DNA of 64,000 nt, from the NCBI GenBank assembly GCA_042571125.1, contig JBHPFU010000001.1:259230-323229 (forward strand). Direction: 5' to 3'. The notes beneath the pieces were generated by a model. That model saw nothing but the letters and a program-made list of their open reading frames with translations. It was not told the DNA's origin and made no database searches. Positions 18,587 to 29,840 of the stretch are shown here, piece after piece. The stretch is from Nanobdellota archaeon. GTDB lineage: Archaea > Nanobdellota > Nanobdellia > Woesearchaeales > UBA10107. The position numbers and the translations under genes are program-made. Numbering within the stretch: the stretch's first letter is position 1; the number at the start of each line of letters is the position of its first letter.

Positions 18587-19456
18587 ATGGAAAATTGGAG
18601 AAAAGCTGGAAAGATAGCTAAAGAAGCATTAGAATACGGAAAAACTTTAGTTAAAACAGACGCTTTGCTTATTGAAGTTGCAAATAAAATAGAAGATAAG
18701 ATAGTTGAACTTGGAGGACAAATTGCATTTCCAGTTAATATTTCTTTGAATCATGTTGCAGCACATTATACTCCAGCACCAAATGAAGAAACAAAGTTTA
18801 AAGACGAGATTGTTAAGTTAGATGTAGGCGTACATGTTGAAGGTGCAATAGGAGATACAGCATTAACAATTGATTTAAGCGGAAAAAACCAAGAATTAGT
18901 CCAAGCTTCAGAAGATGCTCTAAACCAAGCAATAAAAATCATAAAACCAGGAATAACTTTAGGAAAAATAGGAAAAGCAATTGAAGATGCGATAACAAAA
19001 CGAGGTTTTGTTCCAATCAGAAATCTTTCAGGGCATAGCATGGATATTTACAACTTGCATGCAGGACTTACAATACCTAATTATGATACAGAAGATGATA
19101 CTAAACTAGAAGAAGGAATGATCATAGCAATAGAACCTTTCGCAACAACCGGTTCTGGGATGATTGAAGAAGGAAGTAATGCAGAAATATTCATGTTAGA
19201 ACAAGTTAGGCCATTAAGAAATATGACAGCAAGAAAGATACTGAAAGAAATTGAATCATTTAACGGACTGCCGTTTTGTTCAAGAGTTCTTGTAAAGAAA
19301 TTTAATCTAATGCAGGTAAGAATAGCATTAAAAGAAATGAGCAATATAGATATGCTTAAACTTTATCCGCCCTTACCTGAAGTAAATAAAGGTCTAGTCT
19401 CACAAGCAGAGCATACCATCCTTATTACAAAGGACGGCTGTGAAGTTCTAACTTAG
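18587..19456 (+). CDS. map: Methionine aminopeptidase type II
   Basis: AFPVNIS, AAHYT, KLDVGVHVEGAIGDTA, NLSGH, AIEPF, SQAEHT. Confidence 0.97.
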   Translation: MENWRKAGKIAKEALEYGKTLVKTDALLIEVANKIEDKIVELGGQIAFPVNISLNHVAAHYTPAPNEETKFKDEIVKLDVGVHVEGAIGDTALTIDLSGKNQELVQASEDALNQAIKIIKPGITLGKIGKAIEDAITKRGFVPIRNLSGHSMDIYNLHAGLTIPNYDTEDDTKLEEGMIIAIEPFATTGSGMIEEGSNAEIFMLEQVRPLRNMTARKILKEIESFNGLPFCSRVLVKKFNLMQVRIALKEMSNIDMLKLYPPLPEVNKGLVSQAEHTILITKDGCEVLT

Positions 19457-19599
19457 CTTTTTTTGATCTTGTCTTGTATTTCTTTCAATGCTGCTTGGAT
19501 TTCTGCTTGCTTAACACCTTCGTTTGGTGTGCTTGCTGTTGTTTTCCCTTTCTTTTCCATACTTTTTAGCATTGTTTCCACAAAGTCTTCTGCTGACAT
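19453..19599 (-). CDS. Small protein (48 aa) downstream of hisS, not in ORF track
   Basis: MSAEDFVETMLKSMEKKGKTTASTPNEGVKQAEIQAALKEIQDKIKKS, preceded by a strong GGAGGTGA RBS at the hisS stop. Confidence 0.75.
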   Translation of the reverse strand: MSAEDFVETMLKSMEKKGKTTASTPNEGVKQAEIQAALKEIQDKIKKS

Positions 19600-19613
19600 C
19601 ACTTTTTCACCTC

Positions 19614-21131
19614 CTACATGAACCTCAACCAAGGTTCTTCACTTTCTGAACCTAATTTATCAATAGGAACTTTTTCCTCTTTTCCAGTTGCCATATCCCT
19701 CACAACAACTTTCCCGAACTTAACTTCGTCAGGACCTACTATTATGATTTTTTTAGCTTTGATAGAATCCGCATAGCTAAACTGTTTGCCAAGCTTACGG
19801 TCTACCAGATCAACTTCAACTTTGAAATTCTTTCTTAGCTGTAAGGCAATCTCTTCTGCCTTTTCATTCATATCTTTGTTTACAGGAGCGATATAGTAAT
19901 CCGGGCCAAGATCGATCTTTGGTTTTACTCCTTTTTGTTCTAATAGAATTCTTAATGTTTCATAGCCCATTCCAAATCCAGTTGCCGGGGTTGGCTCGCC
20001 TTTGAACTGTTCTACCATCTTGTCATAGCGGCCACCACCAGCAATGGCGCGGAGTTTTTCTTCTTTATCAAAAATCTCAAATACAGTTCCTGTGTAGTAT
20101 GCAAGGCCACGGGCAACCGAAAGATCAACTTTAATAAAATCTAGGTTTTGTTTTAGATTATCAATCACTTCTTTTAGTTCTTGGTAACCTTCTTTTGCTA
20201 AATCCGAAGTTGGTTTTATTTTTTGGAGAATATCTAAAGGTTTTCCTTTCAATTTAATTATATTTTTTACTTTTTCAATGTCAGAATCTACTAATCCTAG
20301 TTTTCTTAGTTCTGATTCGAGCTCATCTTCTGTTATTTTCTCGGATTTATCGATTATTCTGATTACATTATCAAGAATTTTACTGTTTACTACTTCTAAT
20401 AATAATCCTTGTAATAATTTTCTGTTGTTTACCTTAACAACAATATCATTTTCTGTTAATTTTAGATTTTTTAATGACTCTAATGCAAGATTTATTACTT
20501 CCGCATCCGCTTTTGGAGATTGTGAACCGAACAGCTCACAACCATACTGATAGAATTCCCTTAATCTTCCTTTTTGCGGAGCTTCATAACGCCACATTCT
20601 GGTAATGTAAAACCATTTGACCGGTTTAACTAGTTCCCTTTGCTTCGTTACAAACATTCTTGTCGCTGGAATTGTAATATCAAATCTTAATCCTAGTTGT
20701 TCATTGCCTTTTTGTTCTAACTTAAAGATTTGATCTGCTACTTCTTCGCCACCTTTTGCTGTTAATAGTTCAAGGGTTTCAAAGCTTGGAGTCTCTACTT
20801 CTTTAAAATTAAAGCGAATCGCTGTTTTCTTTAGTTTTCTGAAAATACTTTCTTTTAGAAGTTTCTCTTCTGGGTAGAAATCAACTGCTCCCTTGACTTT
20901 TTGGTATTGATTCGTTTCTTGTTTTATTACTGCTCGTATCTCGTTTTCTACGTTTTGCTCTAGTTGTTTAACCATTACAGGAGGTGCTCCCTGCTCTTTG
21001 GCTAAGATCAGTCGTCTTACTGCGTCCCTTACTGCTTCTGATTTGCTTGGGTATATATCTCGGCCTACTAAAGTATCGAGTTCCCTGATTAAACCGCTTG
21101 TCAGGCGTATTTGAATTGTTTCCATTACCAT
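19614..21131 (-). CDS. hisS: Histidine--tRNA ligase with N-terminal ribbon-helix-helix domain
   Basis: KGAVDF, LRFDITIP, WRYEAPQKGRLREFYQ, RGLAYYTG, GGGRYD; N-terminal METIQIRLT...ELDTLV...YPSKSEAVRDAVRRLI RHH pattern. Confidence 0.95.
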   Translation of the reverse strand: MVMETIQIRLTSGLIRELDTLVGRDIYPSKSEAVRDAVRRLILAKEQGAPPVMVKQLEQNVENEIRAVIKQETNQYQKVKGAVDFYPEEKLLKESIFRKLKKTAIRFNFKEVETPSFETLELLTAKGGEEVADQIFKLEQKGNEQLGLRFDITIPATRMFVTKQRELVKPVKWFYITRMWRYEAPQKGRLREFYQYGCELFGSQSPKADAEVINLALESLKNLKLTENDIVVKVNNRKLLQGLLLEVVNSKILDNVIRIIDKSEKITEDELESELRKLGLVDSDIEKVKNIIKLKGKPLDILQKIKPTSDLAKEGYQELKEVIDNLKQNLDFIKVDLSVARGLAYYTGTVFEIFDKEEKLRAIAGGGRYDKMVEQFKGEPTPATGFGMGYETLRILLEQKGVKPKIDLGPDYYIAPVNKDMNEKAEEIALQLRKNFKVEVDLVDRKLGKQFSYADSIKAKKIIIVGPDEVKFGKVVVRDMATGKEEKVPIDKLGSESEEPWLRFM

Positions 21132-21178
21132 GGTGATTCACTAACGTTACAGACGTAATGTTTATAGAAGTATTTAAA
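21123..21178 (-). promoter_or_regulatory. hisS promoter (TTTAAATA at 21178-21171) with two palindromic operator-like sites
   Basis: CATTAC-catg-GTGATT (21123-21138) and AACGTTAC-agac-GTAATGTT (21143-21162); centres 22 bp apart. Confidence 0.6.
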
Positions 21179-21247
21179 TCTTTCGAATCGCGCAGATTAA
21201 GCTAATTTTTAAGAATTTAAGGGCTAGAAGGGCTGAAACCGCAAAAT

Positions 21248-22198
21248 TTAAGCAATAGTTCTCAAATAAACTTCTGTTATCAGGAACAAAACATAGAGAA
21301 GAATCAAAGAGGTTCCAACCCTCCAACCCAACCTTTTTGTTATGCTTGTGTAGGTAGCAAAGATAAAAGCAACGGTTATCATAAACAATGCGCTTACAAG
21401 GAATGTTAGGTAATGAGCAGATATTGGGAATATCAATGCTGTGACTCCTAAAACAAGGGTAGAGTTAACAACAACAGATCCAATCAGATCACCAAGAGCT
21501 AAAGAAGACTGACCCATCCTAACCGCTTTTGTTGTGAACACTAATTCTGGCAGTGTAGTGGATAGCGCAATAAGCAATAAACCAATTAGAACAGGAGGGA
21601 CCCCTAATGTAAAAGAGATGTCCCCTGCATACCCCACAACAAAGCTAGCGGAATAGAACAAAATAACCAGAGCAATAATAAATAACGCAACACTTCTAAC
21701 AACTTCCCATCTTTTAATTTTGTTTTCTAATTCTTGTTTAAATACGTGGCCTTCTCTGATTAAATGCTTTGCATACCAAAAGAAGAGTAAAATAAGAATG
21801 GCGCCGTCAATCCTTGATAATTCATTTCCTAAAAAAGTTAAAACCATTGCAACAGAAGCAATTCCAAACATGTATAAAGAATCTTTTTTTGTTTTTGATG
21901 ATTCTATTTTTATCCCTCTTGAAAGGATTATAGCAACTCCAATAACCAATGTTAGATCAATAATATTCGCACCAATTACAGTACCTAATGCAAGTGCAGG
22001 CGTTTTGGCTATTGCTGATGTAATCCCGACAAATAATTCAGGAATTGACGTTGCAAAAGCCATAATTATAAATCCAATAACAAATCCTGACAATTTTAAG
22101 AATGTAGCAATTTTAGTTAAGGAACGAACAAGAACAGTTCCTGCACCAATCATAACTAGAACAGATACAATTAATAATAGTATGTCTATCCAAAGCAT
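21248..22198 (-). CDS. Ca2+/cation antiporter (CaCA, YrbG-like)
   Basis: Two alpha repeats ATSIPEL..GTVIGANI and STTLPEL..GDLIGSVV; about 10 TM helices. Confidence 0.9.
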   Translation of the reverse strand: MLWIDILLLIVSVLVMIGAGTVLVRSLTKIATFLKLSGFVIGFIIMAFATSIPELFVGITSAIAKTPALALGTVIGANIIDLTLVIGVAIILSRGIKIESSKTKKDSLYMFGIASVAMVLTFLGNELSRIDGAILILLFFWYAKHLIREGHVFKQELENKIKRWEVVRSVALFIIALVILFYSASFVVGYAGDISFTLGVPPVLIGLLLIALSTTLPELVFTTKAVRMGQSSLALGDLIGSVVVNSTLVLGVTALIFPISAHYLTFLVSALFMITVAFIFATYTSITKRLGWRVGTSLILLYVLFLITEVYLRTIA

Positions 22199-22199
22199 C

Positions 22200-22799
22200 T
22201 TATCTGTGCTTATACCTTCCTCTTTTTTCTACTTTTTCTAATCTTTCTAATACTTCCTTAGATTCCGGATAAAATTCTGAATATCCTTTTATAACATTAT
22301 CAAAAGCATTCTCAAAAACAGTAAAATGTTTTGATTCTAATGCCTGCTTTAGTAAATGCAAGTCAACTGCTTTATCTTCATCTTTTTCTGAGAAAAAACT
22401 TAATCCAAAATCTATGAAATTTATTTGATTATTAGCTAATATCATATTTGATGTTGTTAAGTCACCATGGATTATTCCTTTATCGTGTAAAAGAGCTATT
22501 TGTTTTCCAATCTTTTCGCTGAATTCCTGGTGATTATCTTCAAAAACATCCCTTATTTTTGGTCCTTCTAGGAAATCCATTTCTATCTTCATATCTTTAT
22601 CGCAGAATTCTAGTAGTTTTGGGCCTGGGAAACCTAATGAATCTACTTTATCCATTACTTTTGCCTCTCTTCTTGTTCTGAACTTTCTTAGTTTTTCATC
22701 AAGAATAGGATGTCTGTAGCCCTTGCTAAACCTGTCTTTTACTATTTTTTCTCCATCTTGGAATATTTTAGCTTCTGCGCCTTGAGATATCTGTTCCAT
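22200..22799 (-). CDS. bud32: KEOPS complex kinase Bud32
   Basis: QGAEA, KGYRHPILD, RTRREA, HGDLTTSN, IDFGL, EDKAVDLH, RGRY. Confidence 0.95.
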   Translation of the reverse strand: MEQISQGAEAKIFQDGEKIVKDRFSKGYRHPILDEKLRKFRTRREAKVMDKVDSLGFPGPKLLEFCDKDMKIEMDFLEGPKIRDVFEDNHQEFSEKIGKQIALLHDKGIIHGDLTTSNMILANNQINFIDFGLSFFSEKDEDKAVDLHLLKQALESKHFTVFENAFDNVIKGYSEFYPESKEVLERLEKVEKRGRYKHR

Positions 22800-22903
22800 A
22801 AGATTTAGAACGCTTTATTGCTTTAAAAAGGTTTTGATTGTTTAGAAAAAATCATTAAAAAAATAAAAACTGATCTTGGTACTCATCTTTTGTTCGATTC
22901 GCA

Positions 22904-23137
22904 TTATGCCGCTTTTTCTTCTTCTTCGACTGGTGCTGCTTCAGAAGATTCTAAAGCAACATTAACTGCTTTTGGCCCTCTGTCGCCTTCTTCAACATCG
23001 AATGTAACTGCATCGTTTTCGTTAAGATTTGTTCCTTCAACTAATCCTGTTTGATGTACAAAGTATTCTTTTCCATCTTCTCCAGCAATGAATCCAAATC
23101 CTTTTCCAGTATTGAAAAATTTAACTGTTCCTTTCAT
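22904..23137 (-). CDS. Cold-shock domain protein
   Basis: [15 protein letters not shown] (RNP1), YFVH (RNP2), GPKAVNV; GGAGGTGA RBS. Confidence 0.95.
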   Translation of the reverse strand: MKGTVKFFNTGKGFGFIAGEDGKEYFVHQTGLVEGTNLNENDAVTFDVEEGDRGPKAVNVALESSEAAPVEEEEKAA

Positions 23138-23266
23138 ATTTTCACCTCCGCATTAATTTTTAATTGACATTTGTCACAGTAATATCTTTTTGATTGTCCG
23201 TTCATAACAACAAATCGGTCTTTACATAATCTGCAATATTTAATTATTTTATATTCAACCATTTAA

Positions 23267-24019
23267 TTATTCCTTAGAAATCACTTTTTCAGCTTCTTCC
23301 TTTTTTTTAGGTTCCTCTTTTACTTCTTCCTTAGGTACTTCCTTTATTTCTTCTTTTGGTGCTTCTGCAACAACAATCGGTTCCTTTAAAAGCCCTTCGG
23401 GTTTTTTGGGCCCAGAAACTTTAGGAGTTTCTTGGGTTTCCTTAGTAATGAACTCTTTTTTCTTCTTTAGTTCAAGAACTCTGATCTCGCAAGTCTTCAA
23501 AGGATATATCTTGCTTAGCTTACTTCTAACTTCTCTTTGCAATCTGTTAGTTATAACTTCTCTGAACAGGTCAGCATATTTTGTTTTGCTCACTCTTTCT
23601 TTTATTGCTGCAATTGCCGCTTTTCTTAGTGATGTTTGATGTGCGCCCCCTGTTTTTTTAAGTGTTAGTAGGAATGGTTTTATTATAACTGATTTGCCGT
23701 CTTCTGTTTCACAAACAAAAGACATGTCAAGACGATCTTTTCCTTTTCTTACGAATCTTTTAATAGAAGCAGGATTTAATTTATATTTTCTGATCTCAGT
23801 AATTGCATTTTCATCTCTGACATTTGTTACCTCAAAAGCAATTGTGATATTCTGTCTTTTCATCTCGCCTGTTAAGTGCATCATGCTCACAGAAACAGGT
23901 CTTCCCATAAGACTCTGTGGTTCTTCTGCCAGCGTCTCTCCTATCTGTCTGCTGTTGAAATGAGGACTAGCTAGAATCTTAAACCATCTCTTCTTCTTGA
24001 TTTTGGATTTTATAGCCAT
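23267..24019 (-). CDS. rps3ae: 30S ribosomal protein eS1 (S3Ae) with charged C-terminal tail
   Basis: KKRWFKILAS, IGETLA, KIYPLK..EIR; E/K/P-rich extension. Confidence 0.88.
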   Translation of the reverse strand: MAIKSKIKKKRWFKILASPHFNSRQIGETLAEEPQSLMGRPVSVSMMHLTGEMKRQNITIAFEVTNVRDENAITEIRKYKLNPASIKRFVRKGKDRLDMSFVCETEDGKSVIIKPFLLTLKKTGGAHQTSLRKAAIAAIKERVSKTKYADLFREVITNRLQREVRSKLSKIYPLKTCEIRVLELKKKKEFITKETQETPKVSGPKKPEGLLKEPIVVAEAPKEEIKEVPKEEVKEEPKKKEEAEKVISKE

Positions 24020-24056
24020 TATAAAATAAGAGAAAAAGGTCCTTTATAAAGGTTTC

Positions 24057-25970
<1,914 letters not shown>

Positions 25971-26195
25971 TTATTTTCCCCTCAACATAGGCAGAAAACC
26001 GCCTCTTTTACAACTAAAAATAAGGTGCTTTTCTTTATAAATCTATCGATTTTAAAAGGGGGATAGAGCGCTTGTACTTACTGAATTTTAGTGTTTCAGA
26101 GACAGGAATTTAGCCACTTCTGAGTGTAATTTACTATATGAAAGTAGTTACAAATAGAAATGTTTAAATAGTAGGATAACATCCTACTTTATGGG

Positions 26196-26879
26196 ATGGT
26201 TATGAAACAAAAAAAGATAGAATTTGTATGCACAGCGAATTGCGGTAGAAGTGTTCCTTCTGAAATATTTGCGAATCAATACTTGGCAAAACTAGGAAAA
26301 TTAGGTGAATACCTTGCAATATCTTCTGGAAGTGCTGTAGATGCGATTCAAAAAAAAGATTATTCTATTGGATTAAAACAAAGTCTTATCAAACTAGGAG
26401 TAGAGGGGAACTTATACGGCGAGCAGAGAGCTACTGCTGCGTTGATTGTTCAAAAAGAAAACCTAGAACAAGATTACAATAAACACCTGCATGTAAGAGC
26501 GGCTGTCGACACTTTGTTTGAACAGGCATTATCTGTATTTGAAGCGAATGAAGTAAATAATAGGTATAAAGCTCTTAAAGAATTAGGATTAGAAGATAAG
26601 ATCAAAGAAAAAGGAGAACAAACAGTCCCAAGAGAGGATGTTGTTGCAATTCTGCCTATGGCAAAAAAGAATCTTGAACTAGTTAGAGGAATCTATCAAG
26701 CAAGCGAATACGAATTACCATCAGAATTTGATGTCTTGAAATCTTATGTTACTGGAAATCCTGCTGATGAAGTCGCAGATGGATTTGGCAAAGGTCAAAA
26801 ACATTACAATTCAATGATCAGAGAACTTCAAGAAATAGTTCCACCAGCAGTGGATAAAGTTTTAGTTAATACAAAATGA
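26196..26879 (+). CDS. Low-molecular-weight protein-tyrosine phosphatase/ArsC-like protein with large insertion
   Basis: P-loop FVCTANCGRS (CX5R), ISSG, ILPM, EVADGFG (DP[YF]-like loop). Confidence 0.75.
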   Translation: MVMKQKKIEFVCTANCGRSVPSEIFANQYLAKLGKLGEYLAISSGSAVDAIQKKDYSIGLKQSLIKLGVEGNLYGEQRATAALIVQKENLEQDYNKHLHVRAAVDTLFEQALSVFEANEVNNRYKALKELGLEDKIKEKGEQTVPREDVVAILPMAKKNLELVRGIYQASEYELPSEFDVLKSYVTGNPADEVADGFGKGQKHYNSMIRELQEIVPPAVDKVLVNTK

Positions 26880-27145
26880 TACAAAAAAAGCCAGAATTTA
26901 AAGTTTATCTGAAAGGAGAATGTTTCGGATTATACGGAAGAGGAGATGTAGTTTTAGCTGTTCGTGATGAAACTCCGAAAGTTGTTAAAGATAGTTATTA
27001 CACTATAAAAAAAGTTGTTGAAACTGAAAAAGGAGCATGCGCAAGAAATCTTGCTGTGATCTTACAAGAAGTTGAAGGGGCGTATTCTAGAAGAACCTTC
27101 AGGGCAGATAAGACTTGCTTAGAAATGAAGGAAAAAAGAAAATGA
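26876..27145 (+). CDS. Hypothetical protein
   Basis: 89 aa, ATGA overlaps at both ends. Confidence 0.55.
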   Translation: MIQKKPEFKVYLKGECFGLYGRGDVVLAVRDETPKVVKDSYYTIKKVVETEKGACARNLAVILQEVEGAYSRRTFRADKTCLEMKEKRK

Positions 27146-27276
27146 AACAAAAAATAAGCATAACAATTGATGAAGAAATTGTTCAGCAAATAGAACAATT
27201 GTTAGAAGGAACTAGATTCAGAAATAAATCTCACATAATTGAGCATGCTGTTGATAAGTTTTTGAGGAAAGAATGA
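27142..27276 (+). CDS. Ribbon-helix-helix (CopG-like) protein, 44 aa, not in ORF track
   Basis: MKQKISITIDEEIVQQIEQLLEGTRFRNKSHIIEHAVDKFLRKE; ATGA-coupled at both ends. Confidence 0.88.
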   Translation: MKQKISITIDEEIVQQIEQLLEGTRFRNKSHIIEHAVDKFLRKE

Positions 27277-27809
27277 CACCAGAAAAACCCGAAACAAATC
27301 TAGAAAAAGCAAGGGAATTAATTAAGAGATACGTTGAGATATCTTCAATTGCAGGAGAGTCTGAGCAATTACAAGATCCAGAAGAAGAATTAAAGTATAG
27401 TAAACAAGCATACGATCTTTTAGATGATGCAATAGAACTTTGCCCTGAATGCGGAGATATTTGGTATGAATATCGTAAAGATATTGGACTAAGGATACAG
27501 CAAATTGAAGAAACAAAAACAAATCAGTCATTCAAACCTGGATTTGACAGAGAAAAATATAATTCTCATGTTTTTGCTGCAAGAGTCGCACTTAATCAAG
27601 AGAATTTATACAAAGCACTTCATAATTATTCAATCGCGAGAGATTTACTTAACAAACAACCAGAAGATAGTCTTTCTTCAGAGCAGGAAATAGAATTGGA
27701 AACACTTTCAGGAATATGTAAAGGACTTCAAAGTAAAATTGACATCTCTGTTTCAGAAATGTTTGAGGAGAGAGACGGCAAGTGTTACTTGTCTGAAAAA
27801 TATAAATAA
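27273..27809 (+). CDS. Helical-repeat (TPR-like) hypothetical protein
   Basis: AYDLLDDAIELCP and ALHNYSIARDL resemble TPR helices. Confidence 0.5.
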   Translation: MTPEKPETNLEKARELIKRYVEISSIAGESEQLQDPEEELKYSKQAYDLLDDAIELCPECGDIWYEYRKDIGLRIQQIEETKTNQSFKPGFDREKYNSHVFAARVALNQENLYKALHNYSIARDLLNKQPEDSLSSEQEIELETLSGICKGLQSKIDISVSEMFEERDGKCYLSEKYK

Positions 27810-27810
27810 A

Positions 27811-28746
27811 ATGAAAAAACCAACAACAACCGGAACTTGTCTTACAGCGCTAGGAATGTTAGTAGCACCTAATCTAGCTAATGCTCAAGAACATAAACTT
27901 TTCCCGACTGCAATAGAAATTTCTGATAAAGAATATGCGATTTATGAAACTTCACAAGAAGATGGAGAAAGACAACTGCTTGAATTATCAAAAAGACATG
28001 ATAGAGAAGATGCATGGATATTCAAAGATGGTGTAAATCCGATATGGATAGATGTTGGAGGAAAAAATAAAACTAAAGAGGCAAAAACAGAAGAAGGGTA
28101 TAGAATGCAGGCATCTGTTCAAACAGTACTTGAAGATATGCTTTTCCAAAAAAAAGAAGATGTAATAACACTTTATCACACTCACCCATTAATCACAAAA
28201 AAGTTTCTTGAAAGATCGCTGCCCTTTGAAGCTCCAACTATTGATGATTTTATTTTGCTTTTTAAAGATACAAAAGTAATGAGAAAACTTCTTCCTTCCT
28301 CACAATTTCCCAGTTTCAGAGATTATGCCTCTTGCGCATCAAAAAAAGTAGATATGCGTAGATTACCGAACGTTAGATTAAAACCAAGCAGAATAGTCGG
28401 TCCTTTGTTAACAGTATCGTATGATGTTGATAATCCTATTGATGGGCTTGAAGAAGCATTAGATGCTATGAATGAAAAATATTCCGAAGTATATTCAAAA
28501 AAGCACGGATTAAAAGAAATGGCAGAAATGTATGTTAGAGATGCAAAAAAATTAGGAATAAAGTTAGAGATAATATCTTTTAATTATTCAGAGGATAATA
28601 TCGCAACGAAAGAATACAAAGACGGCAGGAAAGTATTTATGCAGTCTCTAGATGGCAATCCCAAAATAATTTTGTATGATGAGAATAATAAAAGAATAGA
28701 AGAATTAGAATGGGGAGGATCCGAATTACTTCAAAACTCAGATTAA
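27811..28746 (+). CDS. Secreted JAB/MPN-like protein, paralog 1
   Basis: Start at ATG 27811 (MKKPTTTGTCL...ANA signal peptide); REDAWIF, ITLYHTHP, APTIDD. Confidence 0.55.
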   Translation: MKKPTTTGTCLTALGMLVAPNLANAQEHKLFPTAIEISDKEYAIYETSQEDGERQLLELSKRHDREDAWIFKDGVNPIWIDVGGKNKTKEAKTEEGYRMQASVQTVLEDMLFQKKEDVITLYHTHPLITKKFLERSLPFEAPTIDDFILLFKDTKVMRKLLPSSQFPSFRDYASCASKKVDMRRLPNVRLKPSRIVGPLLTVSYDVDNPIDGLEEALDAMNEKYSEVYSKKHGLKEMAEMYVRDAKKLGIKLEIISFNYSEDNIATKEYKDGRKVFMQSLDGNPKIILYDENNKRIEELEWGGSELLQNSD

Positions 28747-28747
28747 A

Positions 28748-29467
28748 ATGAAAAAACCAAATACAGCATTAACTTGCGGAGTCAGTCTTGCAGCACTTTT
28801 GGCTAGCGGAGGCTGCTCTTCAGTAGAAGTAAGAGATATTAGCTATCAGCCAGACCGGATTGATGTATATCGCGGTCAGGAAGAAAGAGTTTATCATCTA
28901 ACACAAGAAGAAGGAGAAAAGCAGCTAGTAGAACTTGCTAAACAAGGAAAGCAAGAAGACGCATGGATATTCAAGCATGGAGAAAACCTTTGGATTGATG
29001 TGGGAAAGAGAACATACCCTGGAAGAAAAGATAAAGTATCTGTTGATCCAAACAGAGCCCTAAAATTCTTAACAGAAGGAGATGAAATAACATTTTATCA
29101 TTTCCATCCTTGGCGCAGGTTTGAGACAATCCTTTTTGAAGAAAGGAGAAAAAATATGTTTATTAATCTCCCCCCTGAAGACGATTATGCTGCTCATATT
29201 TACCTAAAGACAGAATTTCCTAAAATGGGGGTCTCTGTTAACCCAAGCAGAGTCGCAGGAGCACTTTTTACAGTCTCTTACGATTTAGATAAACTAAAGA
29301 ATGAAAGAGAGCTAGAAAGAGAACTAAAATCTCTGGCAGACAGGACTATTCTGAACAGTTGGGGAGATGATCTTAACAAGAAAGTTGAAGATTATATCGA
29401 TAAAGTAAAAGAATTAGGGATAGACCTAAAAATAATTAATTATAATCATCCAGCGTTAATAAAATAA
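28748..29467 (+). CDS. Putative lipoprotein, JAB/MPN-like, paralog 2
   Basis: Leader ending LASGGC; QEDAWIF, WIDVG, ITFYHFHP, PPEDD, PSRVAG..TVSYD shared with upstream paralog. Confidence 0.55.
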   Translation: MKKPNTALTCGVSLAALLASGGCSSVEVRDISYQPDRIDVYRGQEERVYHLTQEEGEKQLVELAKQGKQEDAWIFKHGENLWIDVGKRTYPGRKDKVSVDPNRALKFLTEGDEITFYHFHPWRRFETILFEERRKNMFINLPPEDDYAAHIYLKTEFPKMGVSVNPSRVAGALFTVSYDLDKLKNERELERELKSLADRTILNSWGDDLNKKVEDYIDKVKELGIDLKIINYNHPALIK

Positions 29468-29469
29468 AA

Positions 29470-29763
29470 TTATTTCTGATTTTCTAATTTCTTAAGAACA
29501 GAATCCATCACAACGAAGATGTTCTGCCCAGTGACTTCTGATGTGTTAACTTTTCCGTTATCAGTAAGTTTCCCATGCACTTCAAACTGGCTGTTACCAA
29601 CTTTCTTCATGGTCAAACCTAACTTTTCAAACTTTTCGGATCTGTCAGAAAACTTTCTTGCATAAGATCCTACAATCTTTTTAACAACAACAACTTGAGC
29701 TCTATCTAGCTCTTTAAATCCAGTTAACTCTATTCCTCCGCCAAGAACAAGTGTGTCATCCAT
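29470..29763 (-). CDS. Small protein, possible RaiA/HPF-like fold
   Basis: beta-alpha-beta-beta-beta-alpha pattern ending NIFVVMDSVLKKLENQ; GGGGTGA RBS. Confidence 0.5.
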   Translation of the reverse strand: MDDTLVLGGGIELTGFKELDRAQVVVVKKIVGSYARKFSDRSEKFEKLGLTMKKVGNSQFEVHGKLTDNGKVNTSEVTGQNIFVVMDSVLKKLENQK

Positions 29764-29840
29764 ACAAATTCACCCCATCCCTATTTTTATATTAGTATGT
29801 ACGCAAAGTTTAATAACTTTTCTCTTAATATATCAAAATC

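Noticed and set aside
27739-27810. TTG-start N-terminal extension in the ORF track (similarly 9330, 10989, 12869, 36168, 48544)
   Set aside because: These extensions overlap upstream genes or promoters; downstream ATGs give proper signal peptides or conserved N-termini.
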